Positions 12,801-25,770 of a stretch of DNA of 64,000 nucleotides are shown in pieces (position 1 is the stretch's first letter; each line of letters begins with the position of its first letter). The stretch is from Phoronis australis (Eukaryota > Animalia > Phoronida). A model generated the notes under the pieces. The model made no database searches, was not told where the DNA came from, and worked only from the letters and a program-made list of their open reading frames with translations. Where the stretch lies: the NCBI GenBank assembly GCA_002633005.1, contig NMRA01000401.1, forward strand, positions 331,827 to 395,826. Direction: 5' to 3'. The position numbers were made by a program, and so were the translations under genes.

Positions 12801-15019
12801 GGTGGTGTCCATTATGTATTTAATCGCTCTGTCCAAATCGTTAGCTGAAACACAAACGCGTTCATTTACAAGTCTGTGGACACTGGTGCGAAGGCACATC
12901 AGCAGATGAAGTCGCATTTAGGTAATTTTGTATTCGATTCAACGACACTTGTACGTAGGCGATACGTGCCGCATTAACGTGAATATAAAGCTGCACCTAT
13001 AGCTAGAATTAGGCGCGTGCGCCTGTTTGCGAAACACTTGACAAAAACAAAGAAACATTTTTAAAACAGCATGATATTGACAGAAGCTTGATTTGTCAGC
13101 TGAAAAACATCAAATAATGACATGTCTTTAATTTAACATTATCTAAGAACGAGAAATGAACCATGGCACACAGATAATAATTCAATTCGGCTATCAACCA
13201 GTGTTCCTTCTAAAGAGCGAACTTTTAATTTAGACCACTTGCCACTATAAGAGTGGCCTCAACTTGTTCCTTATTGAGACGCGGAGTGATACATGTACTT
13301 GGGCTTCCAATGAGCTGAGCGTTTATCACTCCATTAGATCATGCTAGGCGCATAACATAACACGCCGTGAAAACCCAACTTGATGAGCCTGGGACGCATA
13401 TACAATATGCACAAATCTGCCAAAACCATAAAAATTATGGAAAATCGGTGGTGCTTGGGAGAGGGGGTTGGGGGGAGACAACTGTACAACTTGCAGGGAT
13501 GACAAAACAGAAAGGTAACTGGAGACGATTGGAGAGAAAGCACTGGAGACGACAGGACCTTGAAACCTGCTGCCAACGACCGCGGTGAGGGAAGCGGTGG
13601 AAGAGGCAGGGCAAAAGTTCACCAACCAAATCATACGTCATTGAAACTGCCGAAAAAGTTTCACGAGCACACATTCCGTGTATAATCTCCAACGCAGGAA
13701 AAGCGGATTGTCCTCAAAAAAAAAAACAAACAAAAAACGATACGGCAATTTGCTTCAGCTGCACTATAGAGATAGTTACAAAAATAAGCAAACTGGGAAA
13801 CTAATTGTCAACGAAGAGCAAATGAATTCTTTGATGTGGAGCACTCTTTCTTACTATCGTAAACGTCATCTGGAAACGCAATTATACATGGTCATCATTC
13901 CGGGAATAAAGGAGATAGTCTAATTACAGATTCTTACCAGTCACGCGTTTATTCATCTCTTTTCCATTTAGAAAAAAACTGTTGACTCATTCGCTTCTAG
14001 ACTCATTTTGAAAGAGGTGGTGATTAACAGCCAGTAAGCGGATTCTCATTGCCAAGAATGCCGGAACACGCCTAGTCTGCTTTCGAATTTAATTTTCGTG
14101 AGAGACACGCGAGACCTAACACAGTTTCATAGCTTAAAAGAAACTTTCGCGAGTTATAGCTCACTTCAATTTCAATAAAAAGCTACCGACGAGACAAACT
14201 GACCAAGTGCTCAGAAATCAGTTCAAATAAAAAATGAAACGGCAACCTTCACGATTAATTATCAAAAAATTCTTCGAGTACATTAAAACAGACAATTCCA
14301 TGAAGTAAATGGTCATGTCTTCCTTACTCACAATCAAAAATTCCCAATTGCAAACCGGATTAGTTAATCACACAAAATACATCTCAAACTTTACTGAAAT
14401 CATAATAGGAAAAGCCTTTCATTTCCAGTCAAACCAATGACAAATCCATCAATTTCGACCAGGGTTATTGGCCAACCCTGTATGCTAAGCTGGTCCGCTT
14501 CACAATATTCACCACTGATAGTGCCGTTCTGGCGTGGTATTTTTTATCCCGTTTTTGAAAATTAATAGTCTTATTTACGATTTACTTTGGTAGCGGTGTG
14601 AAAATGCGTGATGTTTGCGTAAACTACGTGCTGGGTCCGTGGACATAATACACTTCAGAAAACGAAAGATCACGCGAATCCTCGCGAGATATCAACATGC
14701 ATTACACTTAAGCACAGCTTCACTCGCGAGATTCTTGTGCCTAAGATAATTCCCACCAGGTTTAGTCTACCCAGTGCAACTTTCGAAATATTCTCATGCT
14801 GTCTTTACCTTGTTCAACTGTAACGACGTGGTTAGGATCGCAGACATACGACGCGTTGCCATTTCGCCCACAGTGATTCACATCCTTCCGGGGGTTCGGA
14901 TAGTTCAGGTAGGACCACGCGCCAGTGACATACGGGCTTTCTTCACCACTGACACAGCATGACAGCGCTAACAGCGAAGTGACAATCAATGGACAAACAG
15001 CGACTTCGAAAACTCCCAT
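9534..15019 (-). CDS. MOLO-1-like (modulator of levamisole receptor / TPM-domain) secreted protein, paralog A
   Basis: Exons: 15019-14809 (signal peptide; WSYLNYPNPRKDVNHCGRNGNASYVCDPNHVV); 12844-12706 (ANDLDRAIKYIMDTTKCPCSQYACD...GYRFALVLLKKM); 12346-12208 (AAKDFAFHLYQNGWRTFGNCDELTIILYSEDDQI); 10792-10656 (LYFMTGNTARLAMDD...GVYYGLRDAIDRLG). All are GT-AG with matching phases. A putative last exon is 9687-9534 (or 8341-8287 in the duplicated copy). Alternatively, the CDS ends at the in-frame TGA at 10654-10652. The family call rests on motif recognition, not a database search. Confidence 0.75.
11330..12090. mobile_element. Helentron/HINE-like non-autonomous repeat with degenerate tandem core units and terminal (TG)n
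   Basis: Recurrent (G/T)CACTAGGTGGC-like and CCAAATTTCATGAAAATC...GAAGATACAG motifs, shared with 27440-28320, followed by a TG microsatellite at 12030-12088. Confidence 0.55.
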
Positions 15020-15329
15020 TGTCGCACCAACCTAGAAGAATTCGGACAAACTTAAGTTGTAAGGAAAGGGCGCCAGGGAGTCTTGCCAAATAATATACCA
15101 TTGTTTTTTTCTAAAAACATCTGTTCTGTAACTGATAATAAGGCATTAAAACAGTCAAGTGTTTCCGTCCCTCAAAGCGGGAATTACATGTATGAACTGC
15201 GTTGATGGTATTTCAAATCAGTCGGTCAAAGTTGTTTATGAATTCCAAAGGCTCAGAAACACGAATTTAAGCTGGATGGCATGTATCCGAACACGTGCCA
15301 CAACCACTCGCAAGAAAAATGAATTAAGA

Positions 15330-15830
15330 TTAGGTAAGACCCTATAAAAACTCCAAATTTGGTTAACTTCGCAACATCATTTCTCAGAAAACGGAAAGTT
15401 GGATTCTTATTAAACTTTCTGATATTTTGCTTTACGCACTGTTCTCCAAATTATTGCAAGGATTTGTTTTAAAATGTTCCACTTTTGGATGAAGGGAAAT
15501 CAAAAATAGACCAGGTGTCACTTTTTTGAACTTTAAGGTTGCATAAAACGAAAAAGAAATGATAATTAAGAAAACTGTAATAGCGCTGGTCATGTTGTTC
15601 ATACCGTTGCTTTGCTATCAATGTACCTTTGTTATTTTTGCTTAATTCTACTAAAAAGACATGTTCACCTGACCACGTGAAGTGACCAAATTAATTGCAG
15701 ATTGGTGTCAAGTCAAAAATCAAATTCTACAGGCTTTCTACGTTCGGAAAATGTATACTTTCACTGACTTACAATCAAATCTTTCGTAGACATTCGGCTG
15801 AATGTAGAGACTTGTCGATAAGGTCCTACA
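15330..15830 (+). mobile_element. Dispersed non-autonomous DNA-element family member (related copies at ~36300-36580 and ~56585-57015)
   Basis: Shared blocks GACCCTA..AAA.TCCAAATTTGGTTAACTTC, TTTA.GCACTGTTCT, GTCAAAAATCAAATT.TAC and CTTGT.GAT at the three loci (the 36.3 kb copy carries only the 3' blocks). Confidence 0.6.
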
Positions 15831-18537
15831 CATAACTAGGAAACAAAACACGCTCACCGAGACAAAAAAGGGCCGGGAGGGACTTCATGGGTCTAATTTC
15901 TGTACTCGAAACTCGACTCCAAAATGCCCCCTTTGCACACTTCGTCAGTGTAATCTTACATATTATACGTACACTGAATGATTTTCGTCGAATCCTGCCG
16001 CATGACTAGTGATGTTATCATGAGTCTAAGAAAGCGTGGAGTTAATTAGGAGTTCGGAGACAGGATCCTAGCTGCGTACAAATCACGAACGAAGAATACA
16101 ACACAGAATGTATAAAAAGAAATCTGAGAGGGAGGGAGTAACACGAAAATCGCAAGGCTATGATATAGTATGATAGGGGGCAGCCCGGGGCCAGATCATC
16201 GGACACCGCTCTAATCCAGGTCACTGAAGGCGAGTGAAATTTGATTCATTACTTGTGACTTCTTCATGCAGAGATCGATACTTTATTTTTGACAATGATC
16301 ACTACAATACAGTGTTTGAAAATAGCAAACAGTCTATAGTGTATCTTACTGCAGACCCTGGATGTTGTCTAATGTACCGGCGGCATAAATGGGGCGAACG
16401 GTAACACAGCAAACTAATAAACTTACCATCAAACGGTACTCTCAGTCGGAACGAACCCAGTCCTATGGTCCCAAGATATAATGGCGTTGAAGGTAAATAG
16501 TTTACGGACTCTTGACCGAGCACACAACTTGAAGAACTTCCGGAAACGCGCCGTGAACCAGGCTTGTGGTTTGTTTCAGTGCCTGCATATGGTTTTAACA
16601 AAAACCGTATGCCAGGTCAGACGAACCGGTTTTAAATAGGTCAAACCATTTACAAAACATTCACCGAGATCACTCATCAACATAGCAGGCGTAAGGGGAT
16701 TGTTATTGCCGTTACTTTGACTGGCAGTACACCCTCGTATGGAGGAAAGGATCAGGAGTATATATTATGTGTCAAGGCAAAGTTGCACATAGTGTACACC
16801 AACGTTTCTGTACAATAGTAGTTTCTCTAAATTGTAGTAATTCACGGGTATCTCATTCTGTTATTACATATTACTTTTATGGGTTTAGACCCGAGTGATT
16901 ACTGCATGTGTGACCATTTTCATAACTTTTATCTCAGTTTTATTTACACCTATATCACGGCGTTGTTCTCCATCTTTAGCTTATATAAGTTCCATATCTC
17001 CACGTACGTGTACCTGTTAAATGTAACGTCGTAGAAATAGCCCAACTGGCTAATGTTAACATGTTCTTCGAAGAACGTTAAATAAAGAGTTGGGGCACCA
17101 CATTGGGAGAGGGTATAGCGCAAGCAAACGTCGTGTGTAAATTAATTTTTACGCTAGTAAATTACGCAATTATTATAAACTTTATAAGTGCGCAAGTTTC
17201 CCCCGGTTTGGCCAACCTCCACTTATTGTGGTCCGAGGGCCACATCAAAAATACTGTCGTGCGTCGTGGCTGTAAAAAGCTGACGTAACTTATGCCTGTT
17301 CAGTTTGAGCTAATGGCGTTCGGAATAAAATAAGACTCTATACGACAGCTAGTGTCCCAACCCGCAGCACTCATTAATATTGATGGTTTCTTAACCTGAA
17401 TTTAAAAAAAGAAATAATAAAAAAAAAAATCACGCATAACTACATTAGATTTCACAGAGTAATTTTCCCTTCTTTGACTGGACACTCTCTAGGCCTAAGT
17501 TGAATCCAAGTATTACAATGGCACCAAAGCTAAAGCTGGCACCATGTGTCTATGGCTGGCACTCTGAACGATTACACCGAGAGGACCCCACAAAAACAGG
17601 ATGTTGTTGCGGCCTCTATAGCCCTTATCAGACCAGTGGAATTTCCCTTGTGGTGTCAAGAGACAATTGTGACACAATGGAAAAAAGAATATCCAAAAGG
17701 TACTCCTCTTTGTTGTATGGGAAGCTCGACATCTGTTTTCGCCTTGTTCAGACCGACGATTATGGCACCAGCTCATAATGTATGCATAAATCAAGGACGT
17801 ATTAAATTTCGTATCTTTTAATTTGCTTAATTTACCTATATTTCACTCCTTTGACTGATACCATCACCAGAATACTTGCCCTCGCCCCGACGCCGCATAC
17901 AAAGTAAGTCTCGAATTTGCTCATCGCCAAATGATTGCGCGTGAAAGTGAAGTTACGGACGGCAAAAATGTGACTGTCCGGCGGCTGGGTCCCTCCAACT
18001 AACAGCCAGATGATCCGAGACAGTCGTGTCATTAGATGGGTTTACTGCGGTCATACAACAAGACGACGTGTGTCCTCCTTTGATGAAAAAGTCGCCGACA
18101 ACGAGGCAAATTCCACAAACGGATTTAGGGTTGGGAAGCAATTAGTCCCCTTTCATCGGACACGTCTAAAATATAAAAAAGAAAAATGCCATCGGTACCA
18201 GTATCGTTTTTAGGGCTACAAGGATATTTTCCTTTGAAACTTGTAGTTTTTGTCCCCACCTCTAGGACATCCAACTGAAGCGGCCAGCTCAGTCCACACT
18301 CGATTGAAGGCAAAACCCAATGACTGAAACGGAATGTCACCAACTTCTTCATGTCGGCTATTAAAATCGCTGTAACCAAATTACCAGGCTGGGAAACGAT
18401 GTACCAAGGGGACCTTAAATTTGAAACATTTGTTTTCCAATTTTGAAAACACAACGGTTGTCTTTGTCTTCTTGAAAATTGCCCCGACAACACTTTTCGG
18501 CCAGTTGCTGGTCGTCAACGCCAACAACTTGCCTTTT

Positions 18538-18693
18538 CATGGGCGGCGCACCATAGGGGGCTGGGGGGGGGGGGGGGCTAAAGCCCCCACTTTTTCAGGG
18601 CTACGCCGCACATGGTCTATATGCAGTGCACCACAGGTGGCTGTGAGGGGGCTCAAGTTAGTCCCCACTTTTTTCAGTGATGAGCCGTCCATG
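18538..18693 (+). mobile_element. hAT-like mini-MITE, dimer form
   Basis: Ends CATGGGCGGCGCACCA ... TGATGAGCCGTCCATG with two internal units. Same family as 23604-23900 and 44111-44178. Confidence 0.7.
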
Positions 18694-20558
18694 CATAACC
18701 TTAAAATTTTCTGTTCAGATGATGTGGATTGTTTTGCACTACCTATACAAATAAACGTTTTAATTTAGCGAATTTCATTGCTCGTGTTTCATGGTTTATC
18801 CCTCTAGTGCCAGCCTTGTTGTTACAGCTCAGACCCCTCTGCAGTTTGGTTCTGACTGGTTGCTAATTTGCCCACCAGCCAAGTGAAATTGAAGGGATAA
18901 GTGTGTTTTGCTCCATGAATGTCAGAAATTTTAAGGTGTTGAACCCTAATTTTGAATTGGTGATAGTCACTTAGAGGGTGTTGGATTTTGAAAACCGGTT
19001 TGCCGTTAGTTCAGTGGAGAAAAATGTTTCTCAAAACGTGGGACCTCTCCCATTATTACCTTTGAAGTAAGTGGTTTTTGGGCAATTCGAGTGTGGGATA
19101 CCTTTTGAGATTTGTTCCTGTAAATTAAGGTGGTTGAGTGGAAAAATTCTTGTTTGGGAACTGGCAACAACTTGATTGTTATGGTCTCGGGGCGAGTCGT
19201 TTTGCAGTAATCGTCGCATTGACTCAATTCTGCCGCAAAATCGAATATAATCCAACTAAAAATCCTGTAACGTAGATTGGCAGCTGTGATACTCAAACTC
19301 ATCTGCGCAAGTGACTACAATTGACACTGCACTGCAGCGATACTTGTGCTGGGACAGTACCTTAATGCGACATCCAAGTCTTATGCAGACGGAACTTCAT
19401 TACAGCCACTGGAAATGAGGTGTAAATGTAAAAAAGAAAACAGTATGCGACGACATTATTTTTCCGATAACTGCTTTTGGGAATGGACGACGTAGAATGG
19501 CGACAAAAATAAAAATGCATTTTAATGGCTTAGTTTCGCCTTTTTAGTAGATCATCCAACTAGTGCAACTTAGGTCTAGTGCACCTTTGCACTTGGGCAC
19601 CATCGGAATAACGCACTTTCGTACTCCAGTGAGCTGCTCCTGATCAGCCTTATCTTTGTTTTGACTATAAACTTTCCTGGATGGATAAAGACTTAGAAGA
19701 CGTTGTACTTTTCCTTTTCTTCATGGACGCTTTGTGAACCATGAAAACTAAAGCAAACCAGCAAAATTCACGTTCGGCAGAGATTTTGTAAATGATTTTT
19801 CAATATACCGAGGGACAGAAAATAATGCAAATTTGTCACTGCGGTTTGCACTCTAAAATATCGCACGTGCACTTCATACCAGACAAATCGCTACCCTTAC
19901 AAACCAACTCGTGTTAGTTCAAAAGAATCGCAATATGAAACCGACCCTTTCGCAACAAAATGGTTTAGACTGTGTACGAAAACAGACGAATGGAAAAACG
20001 TCAAAGGAAACCGATTATGTAGCAAGTCAGCCGTATTTACGGAAAGAAGGCTGGCATATTTTCCGAAACAGTCAAACATTTTATGCGTTTGTTAAAGATA
20101 TTAGTGGATTTAAACACGTTCTTTTTAATGTATGTAATTGTATCTCACTGGTAAGAATTTAATATTCTTCCATACTTATTTATCATTAGGCAAACACAGT
20201 TTGTTAGAATTATCCTTCATAATCTTAGTTACCAGCAAAATCAACAAATATCTCAATAAATGATAGTCATTTGAGTGAAATCGCGAGACCCAAAATACAA
20301 TGCCTCGACAAAATAAATCTTCAAAACGCATTAAATACGGATGTTTAAACGAGGCCGTCCGATTTTCAAGACATGCTAACCGTACCGAAAATACACACAG
20401 GGTTGTACTTTTTTGAAATTTTTCCGAAAACACGCCAATGGACGAACTTGTTTTGGAGTGAGTCTGTATTTTCGGAAATTCCTGGTTGTTGGCATTTGAC
20501 GTGTACAATTGGTGACGTCGAACTATTCGTGACGTATTCACTTTACAAATTCTGTAAA

Positions 20559-22919
20559 ATGAAGCCGGGAATGGCTCACAGTGTCATTCGAAACTTTATA
20601 AAAGTTACAATATTATGGTTTATCCACTTTATTTTGCGAATTATGCTGAGAACGACTGAGAAAGTTTACTCTGTCACGAGGAAATTCTCACGCATTGTGT
20701 CTTTTGGCAACAAAGACGCCTCTGGAACCACGGCAGTGAATGGCGAGTGGTCAGGAGACACATCTTACGCGTCCAAAAGTGTTCACAAAGCAGAAGCTGA
20801 TATTAAATTAATGGAATCTTATGTCAGGTGCGTAACAGATTTGTGTTGTCTTCTTGTGACAGCATCACGTCGCAAAAAGGTAAACACTGTCCGCAAATCA
20901 ACTGACCTTGGTGGGCATGTCACCGAGTGTGAAGTCGAGTGCAAAGTTGGAAACTCGACAAGAATCTACAAAGAAGACGCAAGACTTCGGAGGAAGTGTC
21001 CCGCGATTCCACAGAGAACGACGAGAAGGTAAAACTGAATGTCCATGAAAATACGGATCTAACAAATGAACAGAACGATCCTCCTGATGACCCTGGTGTT
21101 GAAGGGAGAGAAGTCATGCATTTGAACGGCAGAAACAAACCAGGCGACGTCGAAGATGTTCAACAGGAAGTCATTCAGTCGTCAAGTACCACTGGGTCTG
21201 CTGATGAGGCTTATAAGTAGTGAGGAAAATGTCCTGAAATCCGAAAACAAACCCGTTCAAAATGACCACTTAGAAGTCGCCACACTGCCTGATTTTACTA
21301 AGACAACCGAGTCTACAGTTTCGGAGGAAGTGTGCTCCATTTCTAAAAAGAAAGATGGGATGTGGAAGACTAATGACCATCAAAAGTCGGACCTCCCAAA
21401 TTCAACAAAAGCACCAATTGGTAACCCTGATGGTAGAGGGGGAGAAATCACGAAATTAGATGACAGAAACAAACCGATTGACGTTGACAATGTTCGAAAG
21501 GAAGTCGTGCAACCGTCAGATATCGCTTGTTTCCCTGATGGTATGAAGAAAGTCTTGAAATCTAAAAGTAAAAGCGTTGAAGGTCACCACTTTGAAGACG
21601 CCACCAAGTCGACCGAGTCTAGAGTTTCTGAGGAAGTTTGCCACATTCCCACAGACAAGGATGAATTGCTGAAGAAGAATGTCCATGCAAAGACTGAGCT
21701 GCCAGAGTTAATGGCAAGTCAAATCCCTATTATTACACCAGAGGAAGAAAATTGCATCGTAATACGAAATATTGAGGAAATTCCTGCGGACGCTGAAGAC
21801 TGTGATATCCATGGGTTGCCTTACGGTGCAACTTTTTTCTCTATTGAAATAGCTGCTTCAGAAATCATCCGCCGTAGCTCTACATGTATGATTGATACTG
21901 GAGAGAAAGAAGCCGGTAAACTGGAAGGCATAAACAAGCCAGACTACATTGAAGATGTTCGACAGGAAGTCATACACTCGTCAAGTATTGTTGATTTCGC
22001 TGACAATGATGATAGTAAGGAGAAAGTCCTCAGTGAAATCTGAAGGTATATCCGTTGGAGGTCGCCACTTAGACGACATCACACTGATAGATTTCAGTGA
22101 TTCGACAGAGCCTACAATTTCCTCTACGATTGGGGAAACCTTTACACAGGACTCACGACGACCCGCATCTGAGACATTGTGCAGCAGATCAGGCAGCGTC
22201 GAAGGTAAAAGCCCAGAAGATGCAAATTTGCGTAGCTTCGCTAAGTTGCCCCAAGACGCCATTTCTTCTATAAATCTTTTAGAGTACATGTTAATAGATG
22301 AAACTGTTGAGGACAAAATAAAATTTCAGAGCAGTGGTCTGCCCGGCAAGCGTGAAGACATGCCACTGGCACTGGACGATGTTAAACCTTCTAGTGTCAC
22401 CACCTGGCCTCACAGACACATTTCGTTTCTGACGTTGCATTTTCCAACGAATATTGATATGTCCGTTAATGATGAAATTAATACCACATACCTTCAAGCT
22501 AAGAACGAGCCAGGGGAGGTTGAGAATGCTCGCCTAGAGGACCGCAGATCGTCTCCTTTTGCAACGTTGCCTCAGAATGATTTTGTTTTGCTGGTGGGGA
22601 TTATTCAATGGACACTGAATACAATGGTAAAAGTAAAACAAGATTGCAAATTAGCAACAAGCCATACGTAACTGACGGCATTTGTTCAGAAGACGACAAG
22701 ACGTTTGTGGATGTGCCTCTTGACGACGATTCTTCTGATTCAGAGGATACCCACAGAATTATCGGTGATTTTACGGATAAATCAAATTTTGTAAAACGCG
22801 AAGGACTTCTCAAGCGTTTGAAATCACGATTCAGACAGAATCGTCACGTGGTCAAGGTCTGTGCTACTTCCTCTTTGCAGGCGCAAAGTTTCGCCTCACG
22901 ATGGCGGCATTTGATGTGA
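20559..22919 (+). pseudogene. Orphan acidic, internally repeated protein locus with N-terminal hydrophobic segment; four frameshifts (pseudogene, or spliced 498-aa gene)
   Basis: Overlapping ORFs 20373-21032, 20939-21220, 21156-22043, 21949-22671 and 22608-22919 carry the same ~100-110 aa repeat (SEEV...N.H..TDL...NKP.DVEDVRQEV..SS). ATG at 20559, ATTGG and TGACGT motifs at ~20508-20519, and AATAAA at 23124-23129. Confidence 0.6.
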
Positions 22920-23603
22920 TGTAGTGCTTGTGAAGACGAGAACACCTACATGTATGCCAGATTATACGACTGACGGACAGAAGTATAAGCTCAATCTTCA
23001 GCGCCTTTTTAACACTTTTAACGTTTTTTATCATAACATACGCTGTACCTCGTTGTATGTTTTGGAACCATAAAGTCTCTGCTGTGCACACATATTGAAT
23101 GTAAATTGCACGAGGACAGGCAAAATAAATGAAAGTACAGCTGCAAAGTTTATTTTAAGTGTGTTTAAGCTCAGTGAAAGTACGCTGAGTACTCTGTAAC
23201 GGATATACTTTTAGTGTAATGAGCCACTCCCTTTTGCCGACTATCTAGACTGACACCACAAGACAAGTTACAAAGCCATCTGGACACTGCATGTCCAGAT
23301 GAAAACTGACCAGTAGGCAGATTGTTCGAGGTTTCGATTCAATAAAGACTGCCAAAATTGTTCGTTGTTAGAGGCATGCACAACGCAATCTTGACGTTAT
23401 ATAGCGTAGTAGCCAGCACACTAACTCGGGGCAGCTGGAATATCCAATCGCGTCAAAATTCCGAAATTTCGATTAAAGCATATTCATAAAAGACCCGGAT
23501 TTAACTATCATGTTTACTTATTATCCACACAGCATTTGCCGAGAATAATATTTTCAACTCGTCGGTAATAGCGAGCCCAGTTTCATTCCCAAAGTCCCTA
23601 ATA

Positions 23604-23900
23604 CATGGGCGGCGCACCATAGGGGGCTGGAGGGGGGGGGGGCTGAAGCCCCACCTTTTCAGTGCTACGCCGCACATGGTCTATAGGCGGTGCACCACAG
23701 AGGAGGCTAAGAGGGCTTTAGCCCCCACTTTTTTCAGTGCTACGCCGCACATGGTCTATAGGCGGTGCACCACAGGGGGCTGAAGGGGCTTTAGCCCCCA
23801 CTTTTTTCAGTGCTACGCCGCATATGGTCTATAGGCGGTGCACTACAGGGGGCTGAGGGGGCTTTAGTCCCCCACTTTTTTCAGTGCTGCGCCACCCATG
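23604..23900 (+). mobile_element. hAT-like mini-MITE amplified to a four-unit ~74-bp tandem array
   Basis: Outer TIRs CATGGGCGGCGCACCA / TGCTGCGCCACCCATG. The CAGTGCT marker recurs at 23660, 23735, 23808 and 23882. Flanks CTAATA/CTAATT could be a 6-bp TSD with one mismatch. Confidence 0.75.
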
Positions 23901-24638
23901 CTAATTTTGAGGCATTTAATAAATGCCCAAGGTAATCTTAGTTTAATTGATAGCTTAGGATTAACAGAAATTCATTTAAAAATGCTCTCCAAGATCAACC
24001 GTGCTGTAAAGTTTGTTTTGGTACTTGGTTTTATTTTTTTCATCAGTCCCAGTCAAAATTGCATTAAATCATATTTTTGACAGCAGCCCTCATGCCAACT
24101 AGAGGAACACTGAGTTATACACAACTCCCAATTTGGAGAACAGTGTATAAAAAATAAGTGCAGATAGTATGGTACACATACCAGACCTGTCCAGGCCGCC
24201 GCGGTGCGTGGGCCCACACCTTTCACCTGTAACAATTTTTATGCTATGTGTAGTTAAAACCAAGTTAAGGACTAGCTACTGTAGAAATGTCTAGTAGTGT
24301 GCCCAGTGTGTCCGGCCAGTAGGACTTGACTGAACATTTGACTTTGACTTAGTACTAAGTGGACACTTGTCAAACTTGCCTCCTCCCTAACAGAGCATTA
24401 AACATAGTAGTTTAAAGTTTCGTGATACGAATCAGATAAGCCAGGCTGGCTGAAGTCAGCCAAATTTGGAATTTTTCTCCTACCCTTCATTAATTTCAGA
24501 ATGCATGAATTCACAGCTCTTACTAAGCACGAAACTCTCCTCGTGTGACCTCTTACTACTACATCACAAGACCATAACAATGTGTCAGCTGGTACAAGTT
24601 GAGTGTTACACTATAGTACAGATGAGTTCTTCAATAGC

Positions 24639-25770
24639 CAGGGTTCGACATAACGAGCTGTAGGTCGCATTTGCGACCTGAAATTTGGAAATGCGAGCTG
24701 AGATCTTTGTCGATTAGCTCGTATCAAGTCGCAAATTGCGACCTGTAACCGATATAACCCAGAACTGATACTTCCCTGTGGCGATGATGCTTTGGTGGAT
24801 GTTCTCTAAACGTTATATTCTATGCCCGTAGCCAGCTATTGCAACTAAACGGGTACTACAGGTGCGAAATTGTGGTTAGCGAACTTTTTATTCTTCTCTT
24901 CATGCAGTTCAGGCTAGCGCCCACCATAGCGCACTACAAACGACCGCGCGTGGCTTAAAATTGACACGAATCCTATATAGTCACTCTCATTTTACACAAC
25001 AAATTCAATAAACGTTGTTTCTCAATATGTAAAAGCCAAAGTTAACACTAGTGACATGCGTGTCGTTTTGTGACTGACCTATTTTTTCCGTACTTGGAAG
25101 GGGTGTTGAGGAGCAAACCCGAGTTACCCGATGGAAACCCGCACCGAGTCGGCGATTATTTCGAGGCTATTCATTTCATGGAAAAGTAATTGTTGAGTAC
25201 GCAAACAGCATAAGTACCACATTTTTGTTGTGAAATTTGCACTGAATTGTTCCCGCGCATCCAAATACGTCATTCGGTTAGGGCATCGTTTCAAGGATTT
25301 CTTTCGAGAGATGTTTTTCAAACGTCGAGTTAAGTTGCAAAATTTGGGATGCGAACAAAAAGTGGAGGGAATCTGCACTCCGAGTTAGTTTGGATCTTTA
25401 ACGCTTTGATGACACCCAGTAGCAGGTGAGAAGGCCTGGAAAAATAGTTAGAAAGCACTGATTCAATTTTCACGTCGGCAACTTGCCTTACGCTCTAGCG
25501 CCTTTGAATGGCGGTCGTGAAGAACACCAACGCCGTACCTGCAAGAACGAACTCGATTTTGCGATCTGCAATTTGTGAGTGTTTAACGCTGCAGGTAAGA
25601 GCATAATCTAAACATTTCTCGATGATCTAAAAGTCAATTTTGGTGCGTAAAAATGGCTGGAAAATTTTGCGACCTGTCATTTATGAATGGAGCTAGATTT
25701 TGAGAATTTTCCTGGGATTTTGGCTAGGTCGCAAAATGCGACCTGGTGATTTTAATGGCGTGGAGCCCTG
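24639..25770. mobile_element. Non-autonomous hAT-like DNA transposon (~1.13 kb) with 6-bp TSD
   Basis: Ends CAGGGTTCGAC...GTGGAGCCCTG, with AATAGC on both flanks (24633-24638, 25771-25776). Repeated subterminal palindromes AGGTCGCA(T/A)nTGCGACCT lie near both ends. No transposase ORF. Confidence 0.8.

Noticed and set aside
13260-13700. GC-richer patch with several overlapping short ORFs
   Set aside because: No recognisable motif or splice-consistent exon; probably decayed repeat sequence.
17493-17821. Exon-like segment with a good acceptor and three ~90-aa ORFs
   Set aside because: No recognisable protein and no partner exons, so a call cannot be supported.
18538-23900. Composite transposon formed by two same-family MITEs bracketing the orphan gene
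   Set aside because: The outer flanks (CCTTTT vs CTAATT) show no TSD, and the right-hand element has its own near-TSD.
23604-23900. Regularly spaced repeats that superficially resemble a CRISPR array
   Set aside because: The intervening sequences are also repeated (no unique spacers), there are no cas genes, and the context is eukaryotic.
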